A model generated the notes under the pieces. That model ran no database searches. It saw only the letters and a list, made by a program, of their open reading frames with translations, and had not been told where the DNA came from. Made by a program: the position numbers and the translations under genes. This document shows, one piece after another, positions 56,258 to 64,000 of a DNA stretch of 64,000 bases; position 1 is the first letter of the stretch; each line of letters begins with the position of its first letter. Source of the stretch: a virus; IMG/VR virus record IMGVR_UViG_3300035698_026135, positions 32,001 to 96,000 of that record, one strand, 5' to 3'.

Positions 56258-57121
56258 ATGGTACTAAAAATCAATATTGAAAAAATGAAAGAGAAGATGG
56301 CGGGATATGATAATCCTAAAGACTATAACAACCAACAGAGTAAAATCGTTAAATTCACGGAGGTCGGAGAATATCTCGTCCGACCCGTCATGTATCCGCA
56401 TAGCGCGGACCCAGAGGACGATCCATTCAAGGAGGTCGATGTCCATTGGATAGATGGAGTGGGAAGCTTCTATTGCCCACAAGACAATCGAGCAGAGAAG
56501 TGTCACATTTGTGATTTCGCATGGGCTCAAGCCAAAGCGCTTGACGACAAAGAGGCACGAAAGAAGTGGTACAAGCTTCTGCCTACTCGCCACATTTTGA
56601 TTCCGGTCCTCGTTCGAGGCCAAGAAGAAGAGGGCGTAAAGTTTTTGCGCCTGTATACCTCGAAGACGAAAGCGTCTGCGAAACATATTCAGCTCATGAA
56701 GTGGGCAATGGATCCTGAGACCAATAATTTCATGGACCCAGATTCAGGATATGATATCAAACTAACCTATGAAGAGGTTGAGCCCGCCATGCGCAAACAA
56801 CTCAATGGAGCAAAGATTAAATTTGGAGGAATGGAGCTTGCTCGAAAAACTTCTAAGTTCGGCAAGAAGGGAGAGTACGAAGCATTTGTGAAAGCAATCC
56901 CCAAGGTTGAGGAAGAGATTTTTCCACAAACGTCCACGGACGATTCAAAAGTTGCACTGGAGAAGTTGGCCACGCGCCTCGGAAACCTGCAACCGAAACC
57001 CACCACTGCCGAGATGAACGCGTCCGATGGAACGGGAGTCTCTGTTCCAACGCCAACAGACAGCGATGCCTCTGTTGATGAAGATGACATCATGTCCACC
57101 CTTAGCGACCTAGGACTTTAG
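56258..57121 (+). CDS. Single-stranded DNA-binding protein (gp32-like)
   Basis: H..CP..CHIC zinc site, PVLVRGQEEEGVK, DPDSGYDI, acidic tail. Confidence 0.8.
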   Translation: MVLKINIEKMKEKMAGYDNPKDYNNQQSKIVKFTEVGEYLVRPVMYPHSADPEDDPFKEVDVHWIDGVGSFYCPQDNRAEKCHICDFAWAQAKALDDKEARKKWYKLLPTRHILIPVLVRGQEEEGVKFLRLYTSKTKASAKHIQLMKWAMDPETNNFMDPDSGYDIKLTYEEVEPAMRKQLNGAKIKFGGMELARKTSKFGKKGEYEAFVKAIPKVEEEIFPQTSTDDSKVALEKLATRLGNLQPKPTTAEMNASDGTGVSVPTPTDSDASVDEDDIMSTLSDLGL

Positions 57122-57585
57122 TGAGCGGCCCCAAAAACTTTGTCATCAAAGATACAGACTCATCTCTTGATGGCACGGTGGTTATCTGCGGCGAGGCACA
57201 TGATGTATTAGTTCCTCGCCCTGGGGGCTTTTCGAGGAAGGTTGTAATGCGACCAGTGGAAAGCTTTTTTGTAAACGACCACGACCACGACAGCGAAGTG
57301 ACGGGTCTGTGGGTGGAAGATATCAACGTAGGAACCGCAGAAGAAATTTTTGAAACCACGACACCAGGCATTCATATCAAAACGATAACAGTAGATTTGG
57401 AAACGACACAAGTCACGGTTGTTGAGTATGATGATCGCCTACAGGTTGCGGCACTGATGTCCGGCGATGTAGCTTATACGTCATATAAAGAACTCAAACA
57501 TCTTGGTTCGATTAAGACCGCCCTCGATGATTGTTATGCCCCAGAAGATGTTATTCATTTTATTGATATAGTGAGGGAACTATGA
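57121..57585 (+). CDS. Hypothetical protein
   Basis: GTG overlapping the SSB stop; ATGA overlap with recA. Confidence 0.55.
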   Translation: MSGPKNFVIKDTDSSLDGTVVICGEAHDVLVPRPGGFSRKVVMRPVESFFVNDHDHDSEVTGLWVEDINVGTAEEIFETTTPGIHIKTITVDLETTQVTVVEYDDRLQVAALMSGDVAYTSYKELKHLGSIKTALDDCYAPEDVIHFIDIVREL

Positions 57586-58682
57586 GCGATTTTGCAAAAG
57601 AGTTAATGGCCGATGTAAATAAAACGTTTGGATACGAGATATCTTCTCGCATGGAAGACGGTTCACCATCGGACGTAGAGACTTTCATCTCAACGGGATC
57701 CACCCTATTGGACTATATTGTCTCGAATCAAAGAGGCGGAGGCATCCCTGTAGGAAAAGTTACAGAAATCTCTGGGCTTGAAGGAACAGGAAAGACTCTT
57801 TTAGCGATGCAGATCTGTGCAAACACACAAAAGATGGGAGGCCTTCCTATTTTTATTGATACCGAGAATGCCTTTCAGACAGATTTTGCTAAACGTGTTG
57901 GACTTGATCCCACAAAGAACTTTCTATACGCCGCGCCTGTGACTGTGGAAGATGTTTTCAAATATATCTTTGCAGTCCTCAAGAAGCTGGACGACAAAAA
58001 ATCCTCAACAGATTATAAATTTGTAACCGTCGTATGGGATTCGGTAGCGGCAACGCCGCCTGCAATCGATATCTCGGAAGAAAATCCAGACCCAACATCG
58101 AGCATGGCCCTGAAGCCAAGGATTCTCTCTAAGAATATCTCTACGTTGCTTCGTTCGACCGGACGAGCAAAGGTAGCACTCCTCTTCCTAAATCAGCTTA
58201 GGACCAACCTGAAGGCAACTCCATGGATGGATCAATACGTGACCCCCGGAGGTAAGGCTATTCCGTTTGCTTCCTCCGTAAGAGTGAGACTTTTAAGTAA
58301 AGGAAAAGTCAAAGCAGGCGATCAGGTTGTTGGAATAAACACCAGAGCGAAATGTGTAAAGACTCGCTTCGGACCCCCTCATCGCGAATGCATTTTTCCC
58401 ATCTACTTCACTCACGGAGTTGACGATACAGAAAGCATTCTAACCCTTCTCGTGGACAATAAAACAATTACAAAGAGGGCCGGAGGATCTGCGGGTAACA
58501 AATACGCATTCAAAGACGAACCTAAAGAAGCCGGCCTGAACAGAGTTGAATTCAAAAAGAGAATCAAAAACGACAAAGCCGCAGTCGAAAAGGTCGCAGA
58601 CCTAGTGGAGGAAGCCATGAAGACATCTATGATCAACCCAGAGGAGATCTCGATAGAGATAGTGGAAGATTCTGAGGTCTAA
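57582..58682 (+). CDS. recA: RecA/UvsX recombinase
   Basis: STGSTLLD, GLEGTGKT, IDTE, WDSVAA, NQLR, TPGGKAIPF. Confidence 0.93.
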   Translation: MSDFAKELMADVNKTFGYEISSRMEDGSPSDVETFISTGSTLLDYIVSNQRGGGIPVGKVTEISGLEGTGKTLLAMQICANTQKMGGLPIFIDTENAFQTDFAKRVGLDPTKNFLYAAPVTVEDVFKYIFAVLKKLDDKKSSTDYKFVTVVWDSVAATPPAIDISEENPDPTSSMALKPRILSKNISTLLRSTGRAKVALLFLNQLRTNLKATPWMDQYVTPGGKAIPFASSVRVRLLSKGKVKAGDQVVGINTRAKCVKTRFGPPHRECIFPIYFTHGVDDTESILTLLVDNKTITKRAGGSAGNKYAFKDEPKEAGLNRVEFKKRIKNDKAAVEKVADLVEEAMKTSMINPEEISIEIVEDSEV

Positions 58683-59410
58683 TGGTTCTACCAGCACAGT
58701 ATGGCCTTGGGACTGTCATAACCTTTAGTTATATGTCGCCAACAGCGAATGATCGTATGCCTATGATTATGGTTCTCGCCGATCTTCATCGAGACGGACA
58801 CATGCACGGGCTGAATTTGAGATACATGTCTCCTCTTCAGCAGCGTCAAATACAGTTCTATTTTCAAACCGAGGAGCAAAGACAGTCTTCCGTAAACCCA
58901 TTTCAACAACAGAGGGTTGAGGACTATCAGAAAAAGCTCCAGCAGGAAAAGATACGCCAACAAAAGCTCGCCCAACAGCAATCTCAACAAGAGGCTCAGC
59001 GAGAAAAAAATGCGAGATACAAAATTCCCACACCTGGAGAGTTGGATAAAAAAATAGAAGACCAAAAGAAGCAAGGGCAACAAGGATATATTGTCCGTCC
59101 CGATCCTCAAAATAAAACCTTCGGTGTCTCGACCTTTACTAAAACGAACTCAGCACAGGTCCAGGCGGTCGGTAACGCCATGGGCCAACTACAGCAGTAC
59201 ACGCCTTATGGGGGCGACGAAGAGACTCAGGAAGAGCCATCACCGTTCGCAAACATAAGTCGTAGCAACACGCCACGCATCAACAATCCATATGCGTTTT
59301 ATTATCAACACGTAAAGCCGATGCTCGGACAGTATACCTCGAAGGTCTACAGAAAATACAAGCACCAGCACGTCTTGAATATGCAAATTTTAAAAGGGGT
59401 AGCAAGATAA
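58682..59410 (+). CDS. DNA end protector-like protein (T4 gp2-like) with Gln-rich insertion
   Basis: FSY..DRMPMIMVL..GLNLRYM.P and C-terminal KP..YRKY..HV recall gp2 motifs. Confidence 0.5.
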   Translation: MVLPAQYGLGTVITFSYMSPTANDRMPMIMVLADLHRDGHMHGLNLRYMSPLQQRQIQFYFQTEEQRQSSVNPFQQQRVEDYQKKLQQEKIRQQKLAQQQSQQEAQREKNARYKIPTPGELDKKIEDQKKQGQQGYIVRPDPQNKTFGVSTFTKTNSAQVQAVGNAMGQLQQYTPYGGDEETQEEPSPFANISRSNTPRINNPYAFYYQHVKPMLGQYTSKVYRKYKHQHVLNMQILKGVAR

Positions 59411-59533
59411 AACACGGACCTTCGACTCTAAGCCTTGCCATTCACATCAAAGGGTGCTAAAAATATATGATATTAAGAAGGTTTAGCACGCAGCGATAGT
59501 GATACCTAACCCCCGAAAGTGTAACGATTTAAA

Positions 59534-59914
59534 ATGGGCAAGACAGAGTTTATACAAGATCAAGCTGTGATTAGATTCATCAACCTGATAAAAGATGATA
59601 CGAAAGAATTTGACTTTGTAGACATCATGCTCTTTCTTCCAGATGCCCTACGTCACTTCATGCACTTTTACTCTCAGACAATCAAGGGCAATGGTCGCTT
59701 TATTGGTTGCAACTTCTTTTATTGCGGAGACACCTTGCGCTACAGGATCGAACTGATCTTCACCAACTCTACTGTGGAAGTAAGACCAATGTGGGTCCAG
59801 CGATTAGGTGCAGCCGTTTCCCTACACTATGATTTCATTAGGCCGATTCATATCAGCGCAGATCTATTTGGCGTCCAGCCCAAATTCGAAAACTTAACAA
59901 AGGAAATAAAATGA
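59534..59914 (+). CDS. Hypothetical protein
   Basis: ORF coupled (ATGA) to hldD. Confidence 0.55.
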   Translation: MGKTEFIQDQAVIRFINLIKDDTKEFDFVDIMLFLPDALRHFMHFYSQTIKGNGRFIGCNFFYCGDTLRYRIELIFTNSTVEVRPMWVQRLGAAVSLHYDFIRPIHISADLFGVQPKFENLTKEIK

Positions 59915-60882
59915 TAATAGTTACAGGCGGCGCAGGTATGATTGGTAGCAATATAGCCAAGGTTCTTTGCGATAAAGGAGAGCACGTCGTAATAGTAGAC
60001 GACTTTTCTAGCAATCCAGACAAATTTAAGAATCTTCTAAGTTTTGATTTCATGGAGTATATCGATAAGAAAGATTTTCTAAATGTCCTCATTGAACACG
60101 GCGCCACCAAATTTCATCCGGAACTAACGGCAGTGATTCATAATGGTGCGATATCATCGACGACTGCTGACGATGGCGCTGCGGTGATGAAAAATAATTA
60201 CGAATATTCGAAAACGCTAGCCGCCTATTGCTCTATGCACGACGTTCAGTTTGTTTATGCTTCGAGCGCATCCGTATATGGAAACAATACAAACACACAA
60301 GAGAAAAGAGAGAATGAACACCCGCTCAATCTCTATGCTTTTTCTAAAGCTTTATTTGATCGTCACCACCCAGGATTTGGTTTTAAAAATCAGGTTGTTG
60401 GACTTAGATACTTCAATGTCTATGGGCCTAACGAGTTTCACAAAAAGGGCCAGTCGAGTCCTGTCCTTCGATATTATGACGAAGTTAAGTCTGGAGTTTC
60501 CCCACGGGTTTATTCTGGCGATGACGGACAAGGCAATGACGCAATTGATTATAGTCGAGACTTCGTTCACGTCGAGGATGTCGTTAAAGTAGTTTTTTGG
60601 TTTCTTGATAACCCCTCAATCTCCGGAATATACAATGTCGGAACTGGAAATAGTTCAAAGTTTGAATATATCGCGAGCCTTGTTACGAAGTGGTTTTGCG
60701 AAAAGGATCCTGATCATGACCCAAGAATAAAGAAGGTTCCAATGCCAGAGAATGTAAAGGGCGGCTCTCAACCCTTTACTCGCGCCAACATATCCAAACT
60801 AAGAAACGCAGGCTATAAAGATAAATTTTTGTCGATCGAAGAAGGAGTAGAGAAATATCTCGATTGGCTAAACGCCCAATGA
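59911..60882 (+). CDS. hldD: ADP-L-glycero-D-manno-heptose 6-epimerase
   Basis: MIIVTGGAGMIGSNI, HNGAISSTT, NNYEYSK, YASSASVYG, PLNLYAFSK, RYFNVYGP, SRDFVHV. Confidence 0.9.
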   Translation: MIIVTGGAGMIGSNIAKVLCDKGEHVVIVDDFSSNPDKFKNLLSFDFMEYIDKKDFLNVLIEHGATKFHPELTAVIHNGAISSTTADDGAAVMKNNYEYSKTLAAYCSMHDVQFVYASSASVYGNNTNTQEKRENEHPLNLYAFSKALFDRHHPGFGFKNQVVGLRYFNVYGPNEFHKKGQSSPVLRYYDEVKSGVSPRVYSGDDGQGNDAIDYSRDFVHVEDVVKVVFWFLDNPSISGIYNVGTGNSSKFEYIASLVTKWFCEKDPDHDPRIKKVPMPENVKGGSQPFTRANISKLRNAGYKDKFLSIEEGVEKYLDWLNAQ

Positions 60883-61847
60883 GAACTCTGCTTCTGGATG
60901 GCACAAATATCTTCATCCAACACTATGCTGCGAACCCAACCACAGACATAAACGGAACACCCGCTGGCGGCGTCGTAGGATCCCTCAATGCCATCAGGGC
61001 AATCATGAAGAAGGTTCGACCCAACAAGGTCATCTTTGTTTGGGATGGCCCTAATGGTTCAATTCAGAAACGCAGACTCTTCAGCGAATATAAAGAGGGC
61101 CGACGAAACAGAACCATTGTGGGTCGCCACTACCAATTCAAAGACGTCAATGCAGCAATGGAAAATAAAAAATGGCAAACCCTACAGCTCAGGAATTTGA
61201 TTGACGCCCTTCCGGTATGTCAGATCATCACCGATTCCATCGAAGCAGACGATGCAATAGCGTATATTGTAAACCAGGCTGAAAGCTTCGGTCACACATC
61301 AAATATTATTGCAACATGCGACAAAGACTTCTATCAACTGATCGGAGATAAGACTGTCGTCTATAACCCTTCGACAAAAAATCTAATCACCGAAAACTCC
61401 CTAGTAGAAAAGACTGGCTACCACCCAAACAACTGGCTCTTCTTTAAGTCTATCAATGGAGACAGGTCTGATAATGTTGGTGGAGTGAAGGGCGTCGGAC
61501 CAAAAACAATCGCAAAACTTTTTGACGTTTCGGATGGCGGTGCTAGACTGACACCAGAAACTATCCGAGAAGTATATACAAATTGTACAGACGATAAGCT
61601 TAAGAAAAAGTACAAAAAACTTTTCGATAACATCGATCTAATAGAGAGAAACTGGAAACTTATGTCATTAGAAGAGGTTATGATTGATCTAGGTTCTAGA
61701 CAAAAAATCTTTTCAATTATAGAAAATTTTATTCCGGTAATGAACAAAACCCAGTTCTATGTAGAGTTAGTGAAATTAGGCGGGCTCGGCATACCATCGT
61801 ATTTCTTTGATGAATTTCATATCTTAAAAAACAAAAACCACCACTAG
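60879..61847 (+). CDS. rnh: RNase H / 5'-3' exonuclease (T4 rnh-like)
   Basis: LLDGTN, VWDG, EYKEGR, EADDAIA, DKDFYQL, GDRSDNVGGVKGVGPKT. Confidence 0.9.
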   Translation: MRTLLLDGTNIFIQHYAANPTTDINGTPAGGVVGSLNAIRAIMKKVRPNKVIFVWDGPNGSIQKRRLFSEYKEGRRNRTIVGRHYQFKDVNAAMENKKWQTLQLRNLIDALPVCQIITDSIEADDAIAYIVNQAESFGHTSNIIATCDKDFYQLIGDKTVVYNPSTKNLITENSLVEKTGYHPNNWLFFKSINGDRSDNVGGVKGVGPKTIAKLFDVSDGGARLTPETIREVYTNCTDDKLKKKYKKLFDNIDLIERNWKLMSLEEVMIDLGSRQKIFSIIENFIPVMNKTQFYVELVKLGGLGIPSYFFDEFHILKNKNHH

Positions 61848-61858
61848 AGGAGAACATT

Positions 61859-64000
61859 GTGACCGCAACCATAGCCATGCAAAAACCATCATCCATTTCT
61901 AGTTCTACTCCAAAAGAGAACGGCTTTACGCCAAACTTCGAAGAGAGAATTGTCCAAGCTATCTTGAGCGACCCACAGTTCGGAGAACAGATGATTGAGG
62001 TCCTTGACCCCAAACATTTTGACATGCAATACACCAGCAAGATTGCTGAAATTATTCTGGACTATTTCAAAAAATATGAATGTATTCCATCCCTATCTTT
62101 ACTCTCCTCTATTTGTATTCAGAGTATTACGGTTCCGATACTCAAAAAAGAGTGTGCTTCATTCTTGGATAGGATCCAAACCAAACCCCTAAACGGAGAT
62201 TTGGAATACGTTAAAGAAGAGTCTCTATCATTCTTTCGAACCCAGGCCGTGAAGTGGACGCTGGTAGAAGATGTCATTCCAAAGCTGCGGAATAAAAACT
62301 TAGATGAAATTCTTCCCGTACTAACGGAAGCAATCAATAGAGGAACAAACCGCGACGTTGGATACAATTACAACAAAGATCAGGAGTTGCGCTTTGTGGA
62401 TAATCAGCTCGCCAAAGTCCCATCGCCATGGCCATGCTTCAATAAAGTGCTCGGTGGTGGTTGGGAAGGTGGACGGCTTGCTACAATTATTGGTGCATCG
62501 GGGTGTCATAGAAAAGGTACAAAAATTCTTAATTATGCCGGAGATTTCATAGACGTAGAGGATATTAAAGTTGGAGACTTTCTTATGGGGCCAGACTCGA
62601 AACCAAGAAGGGTCTGCGATCTCCATCGAGGAAAGCAACAAATGGTAGAAATTAATCCTAAAAGGGGAGATTCTTTTGTTGTAAATCTAGATCATATCCT
62701 GAGTTTGCGCAGGTTAAGTAGGACAAAAAAACAATCGCACTTGAATATTTCGGTAAGAGACTTTTTGACAAAGACCGATTATTTTAAGACTCATTGTAAA
62801 CTTTATCGCCCAGAGGGTATCGAATTTAAAAAAGAGATAACGGAATTTAAAATAACTCCCTACATGCTTGGAGTGATGCTTGGAGATGGATGCCTAACGA
62901 ACCACAGAGTTGAAATAACCAGCGAATCAGAAGAGGTTGTAAACGAAGTATATAAAGAGGCTGATAGATTTAATATAGGCGTTAGTATTCACGAAAAGGA
63001 AGATAGTGCCGCTAGCGGATATTATTTTACAAGCAATCGAAAGCATAATAATCCAATAGTTTTAGAGTTGTCGAAATTGGGATTGATCGGAAAAAAATCT
63101 GGGGACAAATTTATCCCCAAAGATTATAAACTATCCTCCAGGGAAAATAGGTTAGACCTCCTTGCCGGACTTTTGGATACCGATGGAAGCCTCGATAAAT
63201 CCGGGTATGAAATCACAAGCAAGTCTTTGCTATTAGCCAAGGATATAAAGTTTTTAGCCCAAAGTCTAGGATTTTCTGCAACACTGAATAATAAGTGGGT
63301 CAATGAAGATATTTATTATAGAGTTCATATTAATGGTTTTTGCGAAACTGTTCCCGTAAAAATAAAGTATAAAAAATCACCAGGCAGAAAGCAGATTAAA
63401 AATCATTTGATTACTGGATTTGAAACTAAGTTGTTGGACGAAGATTTTTATTACGGGATTGAGGTCGATGAAGACAGCCTATATGTAATGGAAGATTTTT
63501 TTGTCTGCCACAATTCCGGGAAAAGTCACAGCCTAGTCAACATAGGCGCAGCTGCCTTGTTGTCTAAGGGCGAAGGAGGAGCAGGTAGGACAGTAGTGCA
63601 TTATACTCTTGAGCTTAGCGAAATCGACGTGGCCCGAAGGTATGACGCCTGTATTACTGGGGTGGAAATTAACCACATCCCGCAAAATAGAGAGCTTGTC
63701 TTGGCATCCCTCAAAAAGAAGCTTCCCGAAGGATGTAAGTTGCGGATCAAGGGCTACCCTATGAACAGCGCTTCCGTCCAAACAATCAAGGCACACCTCT
63801 CCCGCCTTCGCCTTAACGATGTTGTCCCCGACATTATCATCATTGATTACGGCGACCTTCTGGCGTCTGGAGAAAAAGAAGAGCGTCATCGCTGCGCGCA
63901 AAACTGGACGAGTATGAAATCCATGGCCCAAGAATTAGAGATCCCTGTCATCACAGCGACACAAACAAACAGGTCTGGATATGAATCGGAAGTCATTACC
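61859..64000 (+). CDS. dnaB: DnaB-like replicative helicase with intein; 3' end outside window; absent from the ORF track
   Basis: GAGGAG RBS plus GTG; spliced Walker A GASG|SGKS; HYTLELS, IIDYGDLL, TATQTNR. Confidence 0.9.
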   Translation, partial: MTATIAMQKPSSISSSTPKENGFTPNFEERIVQAILSDPQFGEQMIEVLDPKHFDMQYTSKIAEIILDYFKKYECIPSLSLLSSICIQSITVPILKKECASFLDRIQTKPLNGDLEYVKEESLSFFRTQAVKWTLVEDVIPKLRNKNLDEILPVLTEAINRGTNRDVGYNYNKDQELRFVDNQLAKVPSPWPCFNKVLGGGWEGGRLATIIGASGCHRKGTKILNYAGDFIDVEDIKVGDFLMGPDSKPRRVCDLHRGKQQMVEINPKRGDSFVVNLDHILSLRRLSRTKKQSHLNISVRDFLTKTDYFKTHCKLYRPEGIEFKKEITEFKITPYMLGVMLGDGCLTNHRVEITSESEEVVNEVYKEADRFNIGVSIHEKEDSAASGYYFTSNRKHNNPIVLELSKLGLIGKKSGDKFIPKDYKLSSRENRLDLLAGLLDTDGSLDKSGYEITSKSLLLAKDIKFLAQSLGFSATLNNKWVNEDIYYRVHINGFCETVPVKIKYKKSPGRKQIKNHLITGFETKLLDEDFYYGIEVDEDSLYVMEDFFVCHNSGKSHSLVNIGAAALLSKGEGGAGRTVVHYTLELSEIDVARRYDACITGVEINHIPQNRELVLASLKKKLPEGCKLRIKGYPMNSASVQTIKAHLSRLRLNDVVPDIIIIDYGDLLASGEKEERHRCAQNWTSMKSMAQELEIPVITATQTNRSGYESEVIT
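62504..63514 (+). mobile_element. Intein (337 aa) with LAGLIDADG endonuclease in the helicase P-loop
   Basis: G|CHRKGT..VEDIKVGD.LMGPDS..DHIL..LGVMLGDG..LAGLLDTDG..YYGIEVD..VCHN|SGKS. Confidence 0.93.

Noticed and set aside
1-64000. Stop-codon reassignment (code 15 or 4) as in some large phages
   Set aside because: Conserved genes are full length in the standard code, and TAG/TGA end genes at the expected positions
1-64000. Minus-strand and short nested ORFs in the track (for example 38892..39596, 30633..31136)
   Set aside because: Nearly all lie within or opposite well-supported + strand genes and show no recognisable motifs
1-64000. CRISPR array, tRNA or rRNA genes
   Set aside because: Intergenic spaces are short and I saw no repeat-spacer array or cloverleaf; a tRNAscan run would confirm

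Overview
A 64 kb stretch of a large T4-like (myovirus-type, probably jumbo) bacteriophage genome. It is densely coding, uses the standard genetic code, and all credible genes are on the + strand. Order: baseplate/tail-associated proteins (1-12.1 kb; FN3-like proteins, two paralog families); RuvC-like resolvase, primase and an SbcD-SbcC fusion; a spanin-like membrane protein; head module (terminase, portal, intein-containing prohead protease, a protein ending in a ribosomal bS21-like domain, scaffold, gp23-like capsid); neck and tail module (gp13/15/14-like, sheath, tube, chaperone, tape measure, baseplate, amidase-hub); then a replication/recombination block (minimal PolA, HD protein, GIY-YIG endonuclease, SSB, RecA/UvsX, gp2-like, hldD, RNase H, intein-containing DnaB running off the end). 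Most interesting: (1) a bS21-like domain at the C-terminus of an apparent protease-processed head-cargo protein, one of several [LIV]xE-rich putative packaged proteins; (2) a recurrent late-promoter-like motif (C/A/T)TA(T/A)TTA(A/T), in five cases 12-13 nt before the start codon, implying leaderless mRNAs; (3) a candidate structured RNA/attenuator after the capsid gene; (4) a start-less ORF after the tail chaperone that seems to need a +1/-2 frameshift; (5) [S/T]G[S/A/T] enrichment in virion-surface proteins alongside an ADP-heptose epimerase, a possible virion glycosylation system. All calls come from motif recognition by eye; no searches were run.
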